Shown here: piece by piece, positions 18,267 to 26,800 of the stretch
Numbering within the stretch: the first letter of the stretch is position 1
Layout: each line of letters begins with the position of its first letter
Origin: an uncultured virus (IMG/VR IMGVR_UViG_3300009151_000002)
Taxonomy: Duplodnaviria > Heunggongvirae > Uroviricota > Caudoviricetes
Strand: one strand, 5' to 3'
Length of the DNA: 64,000 nt
IMG/VR virus record: IMGVR_UViG_3300009151_000002
Position numbers and translations under genes: made by a program
The notes under the pieces: model-generated
Database searches by the model: none
Told to the model about the DNA's origin: nothing
Seen by the model: only the letters and a program-made list of their open reading frames with translations

Positions 18267-18703
18267 ATCAACCAATAGATTTTTGGACTTATAAAGGTAA
18301 AGTATTTAGTGAACTAGATATCCCAGAAGGAGGAATAGGATTTATTTATCTTATGACAGCTATAATAGATGGTAAGTCTGTTTCTTACATAGGCAAGAAA
18401 AATTTCTTTGCTAATATAAAAAGACCACTTGGTAAAAAAGCTTTAGCTGTGACTACTGATAAAAGGTTAAAGAAATATAAACTGGTTATTAGACCGGATT
18501 TTCTTAATTACTACAGTTCAAATGCAGTACTAAAGCAAGCACATAAGCAAGGTGTGACAATAAAAAGAGAAATACTTAAAATATGTTATTCAAGTATGGA
18601 GCTTACTTATCAAGAAACTAAACATCAATTTTGTATGGAAGTACTTGAAAAAGAACAGTTTCTTAATGGAAACATCTTAGGTAGATTCTTCCGTTCTAAA
18701 TGA
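18263..18703 (+). CDS. GIY-YIG-like endonuclease
   Basis: GFIYLMT...SYIGKK...YYSS...REIL...E...LNGNI. Confidence 0.75.
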   Translation: MNQPIDFWTYKGKVFSELDIPEGGIGFIYLMTAIIDGKSVSYIGKKNFFANIKRPLGKKALAVTTDKRLKKYKLVIRPDFLNYYSSNAVLKQAHKQGVTIKREILKICYSSMELTYQETKHQFCMEVLEKEQFLNGNILGRFFRSK

Positions 18704-18733
18704 AAATATGTTAGGAATGTAGTATATTATTTG

Positions 18734-18741
18734 TATATTTG
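18734..18741 (+). promoter_or_regulatory. Bacteroidota-type -7 promoter element
   Basis: TATATTTG 4 nt before the ATG at 18746, implying a leaderless or near-leaderless mRNA. Confidence 0.55.
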
Positions 18742-18745
18742 TTCT

Positions 18746-19594
18746 ATGAGAGCACAAACAGGAACTTATAGAACATACAAGGATATGTTAATAGCTTTAC
18801 CTAAGATTGGTAGACTTCAAGTAATAAAATTATCACATAAAAACAAATGGGGAGCTTATTATATTAAGTGTCAATGTGATTGTGGTAATATTACTAATAC
18901 AGATTTTTCCTCTTTGAATAAATCTAAAGTACAATCATGTGGTTGTTTACAAAAAGAAGCTGTAAAATGTATTGGTGTAAAAAACAAGAAGTATACAGTT
19001 AATGTAGATAAACTAGTAGATAATGAAATAACTGCTTATATAGCAGGTCTTTATGCAGCAGATGGTTCAAATGAAAAATCAGGTCTTTCACTTGGTTTAC
19101 AAAGTACAGATAAAGAAATACTTGAAAAAGTAAGTAATTATTTTAATTATACAGGTCCTTTGTATACAATGAAACAATCTGTAAGATTAACTATTTCTGA
19201 TTCAACATTTAGAAAGTTTTTTGAAGAAAGAGGTATTATAAAAAACAAAACAACTGACTATAAAGTTCCTGATTGTTATTTATATAATTCTCACTTTTGG
19301 AGAGGTATGCTTGATGGAGATGGATGTATTTTTAAGTATCAAAAAAAGTACACAACTTACGGAATATCTTTAGTTGGTACAGAAGATACTATTAAGGCAT
19401 TTAAAAAATTTTGTGAGTTTATTTTAGGTAAAACTGTTAAAGTTAAACCTTACAAGATTAAGTATTCTGTTAATGTATATTCAATAAATTTTATTGGTAA
19501 AATGTATTTACCTTTATTAAAAGCTGTATATAACAATCCTATAGCAGATATGTATATAACAAGAAAGTATAATAAATACTTGGAGATTCTATAA
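18746..19594 (+). CDS. Free-standing LAGLIDADG homing endonuclease
   Basis: Two motifs, AYIAGLYAADGS and FWRGMLDGDGC, plus an N-terminal CQCDCG...SCGC module. Confidence 0.88.
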   Translation: MRAQTGTYRTYKDMLIALPKIGRLQVIKLSHKNKWGAYYIKCQCDCGNITNTDFSSLNKSKVQSCGCLQKEAVKCIGVKNKKYTVNVDKLVDNEITAYIAGLYAADGSNEKSGLSLGLQSTDKEILEKVSNYFNYTGPLYTMKQSVRLTISDSTFRKFFEERGIIKNKTTDYKVPDCYLYNSHFWRGMLDGDGCIFKYQKKYTTYGISLVGTEDTIKAFKKFCEFILGKTVKVKPYKIKYSVNVYSINFIGKMYLPLLKAVYNNPIADMYITRKYNKYLEIL

Positions 19595-19712
19595 AGTAAA
19601 ATAGTTATGAAAACACTTAAATGCATTTATATGTATTTAGCTTTTATTGAAAAGCATGTTAAAAAATGTAGAGAAAATTCTCTATTTGGTAAAATGTAAA
19701 AATTAAATAATC

Positions 19713-20096
19713 ATGGAAGAAGAACAAAAAATTATTAGACTGGAAAATGAGAAAATCAAAGTGGTTTTCACAAATAAAACAAATCCTGATGAGTCAAGTT
19801 TATCATTAGAATTTACTCTTACAAGAGATGATAATGATCAAAAAGTTACAACATTGGCATTAGACCCATCTATTTTTAATAGAGATGATTCATTTATGGG
19901 TGAAATGTATATGAATACAGTAAATATGTTTGGTGCTGTTAAACAAATATTTGATTCTAAAGAAATATATAAAGGTTTACATTCAATAACTACTGATGAA
20001 TACAAAGAATTTTTAATAAAGGTAAAAGGTTATGATGTAGAAAAACTTGGACCAAAAGTAATAAACATAGATGGTGTTATTAAAAAAGAAGACTGA
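19713..20096 (+). CDS. Hypothetical protein
   Basis: 127-aa ORF. Confidence 0.75.
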   Translation: MEEEQKIIRLENEKIKVVFTNKTNPDESSLSLEFTLTRDDNDQKVTTLALDPSIFNRDDSFMGEMYMNTVNMFGAVKQIFDSKEIYKGLHSITTDEYKEFLIKVKGYDVEKLGPKVINIDGVIKKED

Positions 20097-20352
20097 TGGA
20101 AAAATTCTTGGTCGGTTTTACAAAACAAAGTAGTTATGACACAGGAAAGAAAAGAAGAATGGTATTCTAAAATTAGAGAGGCATCTGCTATCTGGTTTGA
20201 AAAAAATCCTGATTATCACCCTGCATTTAATTATTATGACTCAGGTGAGGTTTCAATTCCTGATGATAATGAATATTATAGAATACCAAGGGAAATGTGG
20301 AATGAATATCATAGTGAATTGTATAATACTAAAATAGAAGACTGATGGAAAA
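20081..20352 (+). repeat. 23-nt direct repeats flanking a gene cassette
   Basis: TAAAA(A/T)AGAAGACTGATGGAAAA at 20081-20103 and 20330-20352. Confidence 0.75.
20136..20345 (+). CDS. Hypothetical protein
   Basis: 69-aa ORF between the direct repeats. Confidence 0.7.
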   Translation: MTQERKEEWYSKIREASAIWFEKNPDYHPAFNYYDSGEVSIPDDNEYYRIPREMWNEYHSELYNTKIED

Positions 20353-20770
20353 TACAAATTCTGATTTCAAGTTAAACAAAGAAGAGTGTAAGAATCTGAT
20401 TGCAATGATTAAATCTAGTGATGAAAGTAATCATGAAATGGCTAAAACAGTATTAGAAAGTCTAGATATGGAAGATAATATTGAATGGGCTTTTATTATT
20501 ATTTCATTTGCTGGTAAGAGTGAAAAATTCTGGATGCATAATAATTTCTATACTGAGCTTACAAAAAGATTTGGTAGTTTTCTACATACTTCTTTAGACA
20601 ACAGAAGTGTGAGCTTAACACTTTTAAATAGTGTTCTTCCTTTTGGTGGTACTGATAATGAAATGTATATAGAGTTGTATTTAGAATTATACATTTCTGA
20701 AATGAAAAACACTCTGATTAAGTTTGGTTATGATGTTAAAGGTGACTTAGAAATAAAAAAGAAAGTATGA
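20345..20770 (+). CDS. Hypothetical protein
   Basis: 141 aa; contains LIAMIKSSDESNHEMA. Confidence 0.75.
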   Translation: MENTNSDFKLNKEECKNLIAMIKSSDESNHEMAKTVLESLDMEDNIEWAFIIISFAGKSEKFWMHNNFYTELTKRFGSFLHTSLDNRSVSLTLLNSVLPFGGTDNEMYIELYLELYISEMKNTLIKFGYDVKGDLEIKKKV

Positions 20771-22074
20771 ATAAAGTAGATTTACTAAGCAAGGCCAGTA
20801 AGGACCTTATGCTTAAAGAGCCATATTATGGCTATTTTCTAATCCAGCTTAACAAGCATTGGAGAAATGACATTCCTACAGCAGGAGTTAGTAAGAATGG
20901 AATAAACTACCAGTTAGCAATCAATGAGGCTTTCTGGTGTGGTTTGACTGATTTACATAGATTAGGTTTGTTAAAACACGAACTATTACACATTGCATTT
21001 GGACACTTAACAGCTTATCATGCTTTTGCTGATAGAAAGATGGCCAATATTGCAATGGACATGGAGATTAACCAGTATATAGATAATACATGGTTACCTG
21101 GTGGTGATTACACAGCAGATGAATATAAAGCACTTAAAGATGCTGTCATGGCTGAGCATAAACTAGCAATAGATAATAATGCTACACCAGAAGAATTAAA
21201 AGAAATTGAAGCTAAGATACCTATGAGAGGTATAATGATTGATGATTATCATGAATTAAATCTGGATACAAAAGCAGGTACTAAGTATTATTATAAGAAG
21301 CTGAAGGAAGCTCAAGAAGAAAAAGAAAAGAATGGTACTTCTGGTTCTGATGCTATGGATCAATTGCTTGATGATTTAGAACAAGGAAATGATTCTTGTG
21401 ATGATCATGCTACATGGGATGAATTTGAAGGCATAGGTGAGACAGAACAGAAACTTATGGACCGTCAGATTCAGAGAATTCTTACTGAGGCTAAAGAACA
21501 AACTGAAAAGAAAAGAGGTTATGTTCCTGGTGAGATGTCTTCTCTTATTAAAATAGATCAAATTGTAAAACAAAAATTTGATTGGAGAGGTTATGTAAGA
21601 AGATTTACTGGTACAAGTACAAAAGTATTTACCAAGAAACTTCAGAGAAAGGAAAACAGAAGGTTTCCGGCATTTCCAGGTCTGAAAATTAAAATGCGTC
21701 AGCATATCTTATTAGCTATTGATACTTCAGGTTCAGTAAGTGATTCAGAGCTTAAAGAGTTTATGAATGAGATTCAACACATTTATAAAACAGGTGTTGA
21801 CATTACAATTATCCAGTGTGATACAAAAATCAACAGTATTGAGCCCTATAAAGGCAAGAATGATTTGAATGTTGTTGGTAGAGGTGGGACTGAATTTGAT
21901 CCCGTCCTAGAGTATTATGATGCAAACATTAGAAAGTATACAAGTTTAGTATACTTTACTGATGGTGAGTGTGGTACAAGAATAAAGCCAAAAGGCAAAA
22001 TATTGTGGGTATTATCTGAAAGATCAAGTATGAATGATAGATTACCAGGCAAAGTTATCAAGTTAGAATTATAA
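20767..22074 (+). CDS. Metallopeptidase (HExxH) plus vWA domain protein, DUF2201-like
   Basis: LKHELLH; NIAMDMEINQ; MIDAS DTSGS, QCDT, GRGGT.F and YFTDG. Confidence 0.9.
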   Translation: MNKVDLLSKASKDLMLKEPYYGYFLIQLNKHWRNDIPTAGVSKNGINYQLAINEAFWCGLTDLHRLGLLKHELLHIAFGHLTAYHAFADRKMANIAMDMEINQYIDNTWLPGGDYTADEYKALKDAVMAEHKLAIDNNATPEELKEIEAKIPMRGIMIDDYHELNLDTKAGTKYYYKKLKEAQEEKEKNGTSGSDAMDQLLDDLEQGNDSCDDHATWDEFEGIGETEQKLMDRQIQRILTEAKEQTEKKRGYVPGEMSSLIKIDQIVKQKFDWRGYVRRFTGTSTKVFTKKLQRKENRRFPAFPGLKIKMRQHILLAIDTSGSVSDSELKEFMNEIQHIYKTGVDITIIQCDTKINSIEPYKGKNDLNVVGRGGTEFDPVLEYYDANIRKYTSLVYFTDGECGTRIKPKGKILWVLSERSSMNDRLPGKVIKLEL

Positions 22075-22093
22075 ATTATTAAAAAGAAAAGTT

Positions 22094-23263
22094 ATGAGCC
22101 AAGTTCAATTAAATTTAGATGAGTTAAAAGATTTTGTAAAGTATATGGTTACTAATAACCAACATATACAAGCTAATGGTAAAGTTCCTGTAGCAGTGAA
22201 TATAGAGGGTGATGCTGGTTTGGGTAAAACTTCATCAGTAAAACAATTAGCTTCAGAGCTTAACATGGATATGATCAGACTAAACTTAGCAGAGTTTGAG
22301 GAATTAGGTGACCTTGTAGGTTTTCCTGTAAAAGAATTTGAGATTTCAAATGCAGAAGGTAAGACTACCTGGATTAATGAGCATCAGATTGATGCAGCAA
22401 TGAAGAAAGGTTACAAAGTAATCAATAAGAGAATGGCTCATGCTGCTCCTGAATGGATTCAAGGTAGAGGTGAAGGTGGTTTCTTAATCTTAGATGACTA
22501 CACCAGAGCTGACCATAGATTCATGCAAGCTACCATGACTCTTATTGATGAGCAAGCATATGCTTCTTGGAAATTACCTAAGAACTGGCATATTTTGTTA
22601 ACTACTAACCCAGACAATGGTGATTATAATGTAACTTCTTTAGATGTTGCTCAGAAGACCAGATTTATTTCTACAGAAGTAAAATTTGATGTTAACATCT
22701 GGGCTAAGTGGGCAGAGAAAGCTAACATTGACAGTAGATGTATTAACTTCTTGTTGATGAATCCAGAATTAGTTTCTCAAAGAATTAATCCAAGGATGAT
22801 TACTACATTCTTTAACTCTATTAGTTCTATTACAGAATTTGCTAAGAACTTACCAATTATCCAAATGATTGGTGAAGGTTCTGTTGGTAATGATTTTGCT
22901 TCTATGTTTACTATGTTTATTAATAATAAACTAGATAAAATTATTGGACCAAAAGATATCTTTGAGAAAGATGAGCAGTATGTGTTAAACACACTTAAAA
23001 GTGCTATAGGAACTGATGTTGATTTCCGAGCTGATTTATCTAGTGTAGTTGCAACAAGAATTGTTAACTATGGTTTAACTTTTGCTGAGAAAAATTCTAT
23101 TTCTCAACCAATGGTTCAGAGATTAATCAAACTTACTACAGATTGTGATTCTTTTACAGATGACTTGAGATATTATATCATCAAAGAATTAATCAATGGT
23201 AACAAAGTTAAATTTGCTCCGTTGATGATGAATGCAGATGTAGTAAAGATGTCAGTAAAATAA
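22094..23263 (+). CDS. MoxR-like AAA+ ATPase
   Basis: GDAGLGKT, GDLVGFP, LILDDYTRA, LTTNP, AQKTRF and NPR motifs. Confidence 0.9.
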   Translation: MSQVQLNLDELKDFVKYMVTNNQHIQANGKVPVAVNIEGDAGLGKTSSVKQLASELNMDMIRLNLAEFEELGDLVGFPVKEFEISNAEGKTTWINEHQIDAAMKKGYKVINKRMAHAAPEWIQGRGEGGFLILDDYTRADHRFMQATMTLIDEQAYASWKLPKNWHILLTTNPDNGDYNVTSLDVAQKTRFISTEVKFDVNIWAKWAEKANIDSRCINFLLMNPELVSQRINPRMITTFFNSISSITEFAKNLPIIQMIGEGSVGNDFASMFTMFINNKLDKIIGPKDIFEKDEQYVLNTLKSAIGTDVDFRADLSSVVATRIVNYGLTFAEKNSISQPMVQRLIKLTTDCDSFTDDLRYYIIKELINGNKVKFAPLMMNADVVKMSVK

Positions 23264-23313
23264 ACAGGATAAACCAGTTCCCTGTAAACACAAGTAACAT
23301 AATTATTAACTAT

Positions 23314-23343
23314 GATAGGGGTGGATTACATCCCTATCTTTTT
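23314..23343 (+). terminator. Intrinsic terminator
   Basis: GATAGGGGTG-GATT-ACATCCCTATC followed by a T tract. Confidence 0.7.
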
Positions 23344-23354
23344 ATATTAAAAAA

Positions 23355-24692
23355 ATGAAAGCAAGAATTTTTATAACAATGAATAACAATGGTGATTTCA
23401 CTACTGAAATTAAACATATGATTAGTATTTCTAAACCATTGTTTGATATTCAAGATATAGATTTTAAACCAAATAAAGGTGAAAAACTATATCTTTTACC
23501 TGGAATTAATATTCCTAGAGTAAAAGTAAAACAGTTTAATCAAGATAATGGTACTAAAACTATTAGAGATATAAGTGCTGCAGATTATATTTTTGGTTCT
23601 GATAAAACTCAACATGAATATTATAATTCAAGTAGCCAATGGGTATATAAAATGCCAGTAGCTGACTTTGAAAAGTTAATGGTTTATTTTACAAAAGACT
23701 TAGGTTGTGAACCAACTGATGTATCTGATTTAAAAGATGTAATTGAAGCTCATAAAACAGTTGATGAAAATCTTGAAATATTCTACACTTATTCAAGTAT
23801 GAATAATTTTAGAGATATAAAAAATAGACACAACCTTGTAATTCATGATAAGTATGATGATTCACATACTTATAATGTAATTGATCCTGAATTTGTTGCA
23901 GAAGTTGAAGAATTACAAAAATTAACAATCTATAATGTTAATGCTTTAATAAATGCAGTTAATGCTAAGAATGTAACTATTGACTATGAAATGTTTGGTC
24001 AGTTATCAAATATGTTTAAGAGTAATGATCAAGATAATCATGTCTTGGCAATGGAAATTATGGCTAATTCAAACATTATTGATAGTTTACTTTTTATTGA
24101 AATGTTGTTTAAAGATTACTCTGATACAATTTATAATTCTAATACAAGAAACCATGTAAACTTTAAAAGTTTATGTAACACAATTGGAAAAGATAGATAT
24201 AGATTTCATACAGACCTTGATCATATCATTAAATCTTTAAGCACCTTTAAGGTTCTTACTGCAGATAAGTTAGATATATTAATGAAGCATTATCATGAAG
24301 AAATCATGAGAAATGGTAATACAGACTTTTTTCATGTAAAAAACATCACTGTATCAGATGACATACACAAGATATTAAATCAAAATTATGTGTTTTCATT
24401 AAAAGATAACTATGAACCGGTTGCTCAAGAAGAGGAAGAAATTGTAGAAGAAGAAGTTTTAGAAGAAGAACTTGTTGAAGCTGTAAACACTGAAAGTTTA
24501 AACTTAGAAGATGTAGTTGAACAAGAACCATCTTTTGAATTATCAGATGTAAATGTAGTTGAAGAAGAAATTACTGAAACAATTGAAGAAGTGGTTGAAG
24601 AAACTAAAATTACTATTGAGAATACCCAAGAAGAAGTTATTGTTGAACCTAATAAAGAAAAAGAAGATGAGTCAAGCATTGATTGGTTCTAA
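23355..24692 (+). CDS. Hypothetical protein with BRCT-like N-terminal region and long acidic tail
   Basis: KLYLLPGINIPRVKVK...IRDISAADYIF; MFKSNDQDNHVLAMEIM; E-rich tail ending IDWF. Confidence 0.8.
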   Translation: MKARIFITMNNNGDFTTEIKHMISISKPLFDIQDIDFKPNKGEKLYLLPGINIPRVKVKQFNQDNGTKTIRDISAADYIFGSDKTQHEYYNSSSQWVYKMPVADFEKLMVYFTKDLGCEPTDVSDLKDVIEAHKTVDENLEIFYTYSSMNNFRDIKNRHNLVIHDKYDDSHTYNVIDPEFVAEVEELQKLTIYNVNALINAVNAKNVTIDYEMFGQLSNMFKSNDQDNHVLAMEIMANSNIIDSLLFIEMLFKDYSDTIYNSNTRNHVNFKSLCNTIGKDRYRFHTDLDHIIKSLSTFKVLTADKLDILMKHYHEEIMRNGNTDFFHVKNITVSDDIHKILNQNYVFSLKDNYEPVAQEEEEIVEEEVLEEELVEAVNTESLNLEDVVEQEPSFELSDVNVVEEEITETIEEVVEETKITIENTQEEVIVEPNKEKEDESSIDWF

Positions 24693-25686
24693 TGAAGAGT
24701 TAGAGCAGTTCTATAAGAAGAAGTTTTACTTCAGTTATAGTGGAATTAACAAGTTATTATATTCCCCGGTGGTATTTTACAACCATTATGTTCTTAATCA
24801 AAGAGAAGACTCTACAGACGCGCACCTTGTTGCAGGGCGCGTTCTGCATTGTCTATTATTTGAAGAAGAAAAATTTGATGAACAATTCTTAGAGCTACCA
24901 GGTAAGATGCCTACAGATAGCCAAAGAAAAATCATCAGTGATTTATTTAAGATTCACTTGTCAATAGGTAATAATTCATTATCTTTGGATGACTACTCCC
25001 AAGATATTCTCACATTACTTCTTACAGCTAATCTCTACCAATCTCTCAAAACAGATCAGCAAAGACTTGACAAGATTCTTACAGAAGAAAACAAGACCTA
25101 TTTTGATTTCTTGAAAAACAGCGTTGGTAAAACTGTTGTAGATCAAGAGACTCTGAGTGGCTGCAGAGTTCAGATTGAAATTCTAAGAAACAATAAAGAT
25201 GTCAGAGCTTTATTACAATTAGATAGAAAACCTGAAGATATTCATCTTGTTGTAGAAAGTGAGTTGCGTTTAGAGTATAACAATCCTAAACTAAGCTTTG
25301 GACTTCATGGAATACTTGATCATGTAGTTGTAGATTCTGAATCTAAGACTATATTCATCAATGATCTCAAGACAACATCAAAAGCAATCCAAGATTTTCC
25401 AGAGACTGTAGAATATTATAAGTATTGGATGCAAGCCGTTATTTATACTATTCTTGCAAATAACAAATATCTTGCTGACAAAGAAGATAAATTTGATTGG
25501 AAGTTTCAAGTAACATTTATTGTTATTGACAAGTATAATCTAGTGTATCCATTCCAAGTTAGTCAAGAAACATTAGAGAAATGGAAGGAATCTTTTAATG
25601 AAATAGTGAAAACTGTTAAGTGGCACTATGATAATAGAAGATATGACCTACCATACTCATTACTTGTTAATAATGTAAAATTGTAG
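24667..25686 (+). CDS. PD-(D/E)XK exonuclease (RecE/ExoVIII-like)
   Basis: FSYSGI, GRVLHCLL, E...HGILDHV...INDLKTT and YKYWMQAVIY. The ATG at 24667 is preferred as start. Confidence 0.85.
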   Translation: MSQALIGSNEELEQFYKKKFYFSYSGINKLLYSPVVFYNHYVLNQREDSTDAHLVAGRVLHCLLFEEEKFDEQFLELPGKMPTDSQRKIISDLFKIHLSIGNNSLSLDDYSQDILTLLLTANLYQSLKTDQQRLDKILTEENKTYFDFLKNSVGKTVVDQETLSGCRVQIEILRNNKDVRALLQLDRKPEDIHLVVESELRLEYNNPKLSFGLHGILDHVVVDSESKTIFINDLKTTSKAIQDFPETVEYYKYWMQAVIYTILANNKYLADKEDKFDWKFQVTFIVIDKYNLVYPFQVSQETLEKWKESFNEIVKTVKWHYDNRRYDLPYSLLVNNVKL

Positions 25687-25691
25687 GAATT

Positions 25692-26330
25692 ATGGCTTTA
25701 AATTCAGTGTATAGGAAATATTTCCAAAAATCCCAGGTGTTCATATATCCGCTCCTGGGAATAAAAAGAGGTGCAGCTTATGTCCCTAATGCAACTTATG
25801 TTGCTTGGGAAGAAAATAGCACGATCTCTGAGGATATGAAATTAGTATGTGTATATGAAAATGATGAGACAAATACTTTTGAAGTATTTGTAAAAACAGT
25901 TTTACTTAAACATCCAAGGTTGTTTGGATATGTTAAAGCTAACTCAAAAACTAGTGTATTCACATTTGATTTTTCTGATTTGGTAGAGGAGTGGGCTAAC
26001 TTTCTTGATGGAAAGTATAGCAAAATAAATCTGAATTTAAAAGCTAAAATTTTAAACTTTTTTGATCCGCAAAGTGGAAACTATCAATATGTAAAAAGTT
26101 ATTTGTATCCTGAAAAATACTTTAATGAGTATGCAGATTTGTTAAATGCTGATGCGGAATTACTTAAATCTGTTGGAGAATTGTGTAGTAAACCTGATTT
26201 AAATAAAGAAATTCTAAAATTAGAGATAGCTAATTTAGGAACTATAGAAGAATCCGCAGTAAATTTGTTAAATAATAAAATAAATATTTATGAAGAACAC
26301 AATGATGATTGTCCAAGCAACTTGGAATGA
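25692..26330 (+). CDS. Hypothetical protein
   Basis: 212 aa; FIYPLL...FLDGKYSK...ELCSKPD. Confidence 0.8.
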   Translation: MALNSVYRKYFQKSQVFIYPLLGIKRGAAYVPNATYVAWEENSTISEDMKLVCVYENDETNTFEVFVKTVLLKHPRLFGYVKANSKTSVFTFDFSDLVEEWANFLDGKYSKINLNLKAKILNFFDPQSGNYQYVKSYLYPEKYFNEYADLLNADAELLKSVGELCSKPDLNKEILKLEIANLGTIEESAVNLLNNKINIYEEHNDDCPSNLE

Positions 26331-26667
26331 AACACAAACTTTTAGATTGATTCCAATTGCGGTAGAATGTCCATATGTAGAATGTATCTTTGATCCAGCT
26401 ACAAAAGTATTTGTAATCATATCTAAGATTACTAAACAAAGTTTGCACATGTTACCTAAAATGGATGAAAATGGTGATCCTGTTGCATGTAAGTCAGCAA
26501 GACCTAATGGTAGAAAGTTTAAGGAAGAAAGAAATAAAATTGAAGTTTTCCAAGAATATTATGTTGAAGATAAAATTGCTATTAAAGATTTGATCAATCT
26601 TTTTGCAGTTAATGCTTCTACATTTGACTATGCAGCTTTTACTGAAGAAGCAACTGAAACTAAGTAA
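26290..26667 (+). CDS. Hypothetical protein
   Basis: 125-aa ORF; a TAAATTTG promoter-like element lies at 26260-26267. Confidence 0.8.
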   Translation: MKNTMMIVQATWNETQTFRLIPIAVECPYVECIFDPATKVFVIISKITKQSLHMLPKMDENGDPVACKSARPNGRKFKEERNKIEVFQEYYVEDKIAIKDLINLFAVNASTFDYAAFTEEATETK

Positions 26668-26678
26668 TTTATTAAATT

Positions 26679-26768
26679 GCTTATTTGGTGTAAGGAGGAA
26701 TGAATACTCTACATGGTTTTAACATGCTAACTTGTTAGTGGATAAGGGTTGGAATCCCTTAATAAGCA
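26679..26768 (+). tRNA. Atypical tRNA (anticodon TTT, Lys) with long variable arm
   Basis: Acceptor GCTTATT/AATAAGC; anticodon arm CATG-GTTTTAA-CATG; variable hairpin GCTAAC-TT-GTTAGT; T arm AAGGG-TTGGAAT-CCCTT; no encoded CCA. Confidence 0.6.
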
Positions 26769-26800
26769 ATTTTAACTAAATGGGGAAACAGCTTAACTGA

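Noticed and set aside
24559..24666. N-terminal extension of the PD-(D/E)XK nuclease from the ORF track
   Set aside because: It is a K/L-rich off-frame reading of the upstream acidic tail; the ATG at 24667 is more plausible.
26719..26721. Reading the 26.7-kb tRNA as an ochre (TTA) suppressor or as Leu(TAA)
   Set aside because: The 7-nt loop GTTTTAA centres on TTT; the other registers need an asymmetric loop.
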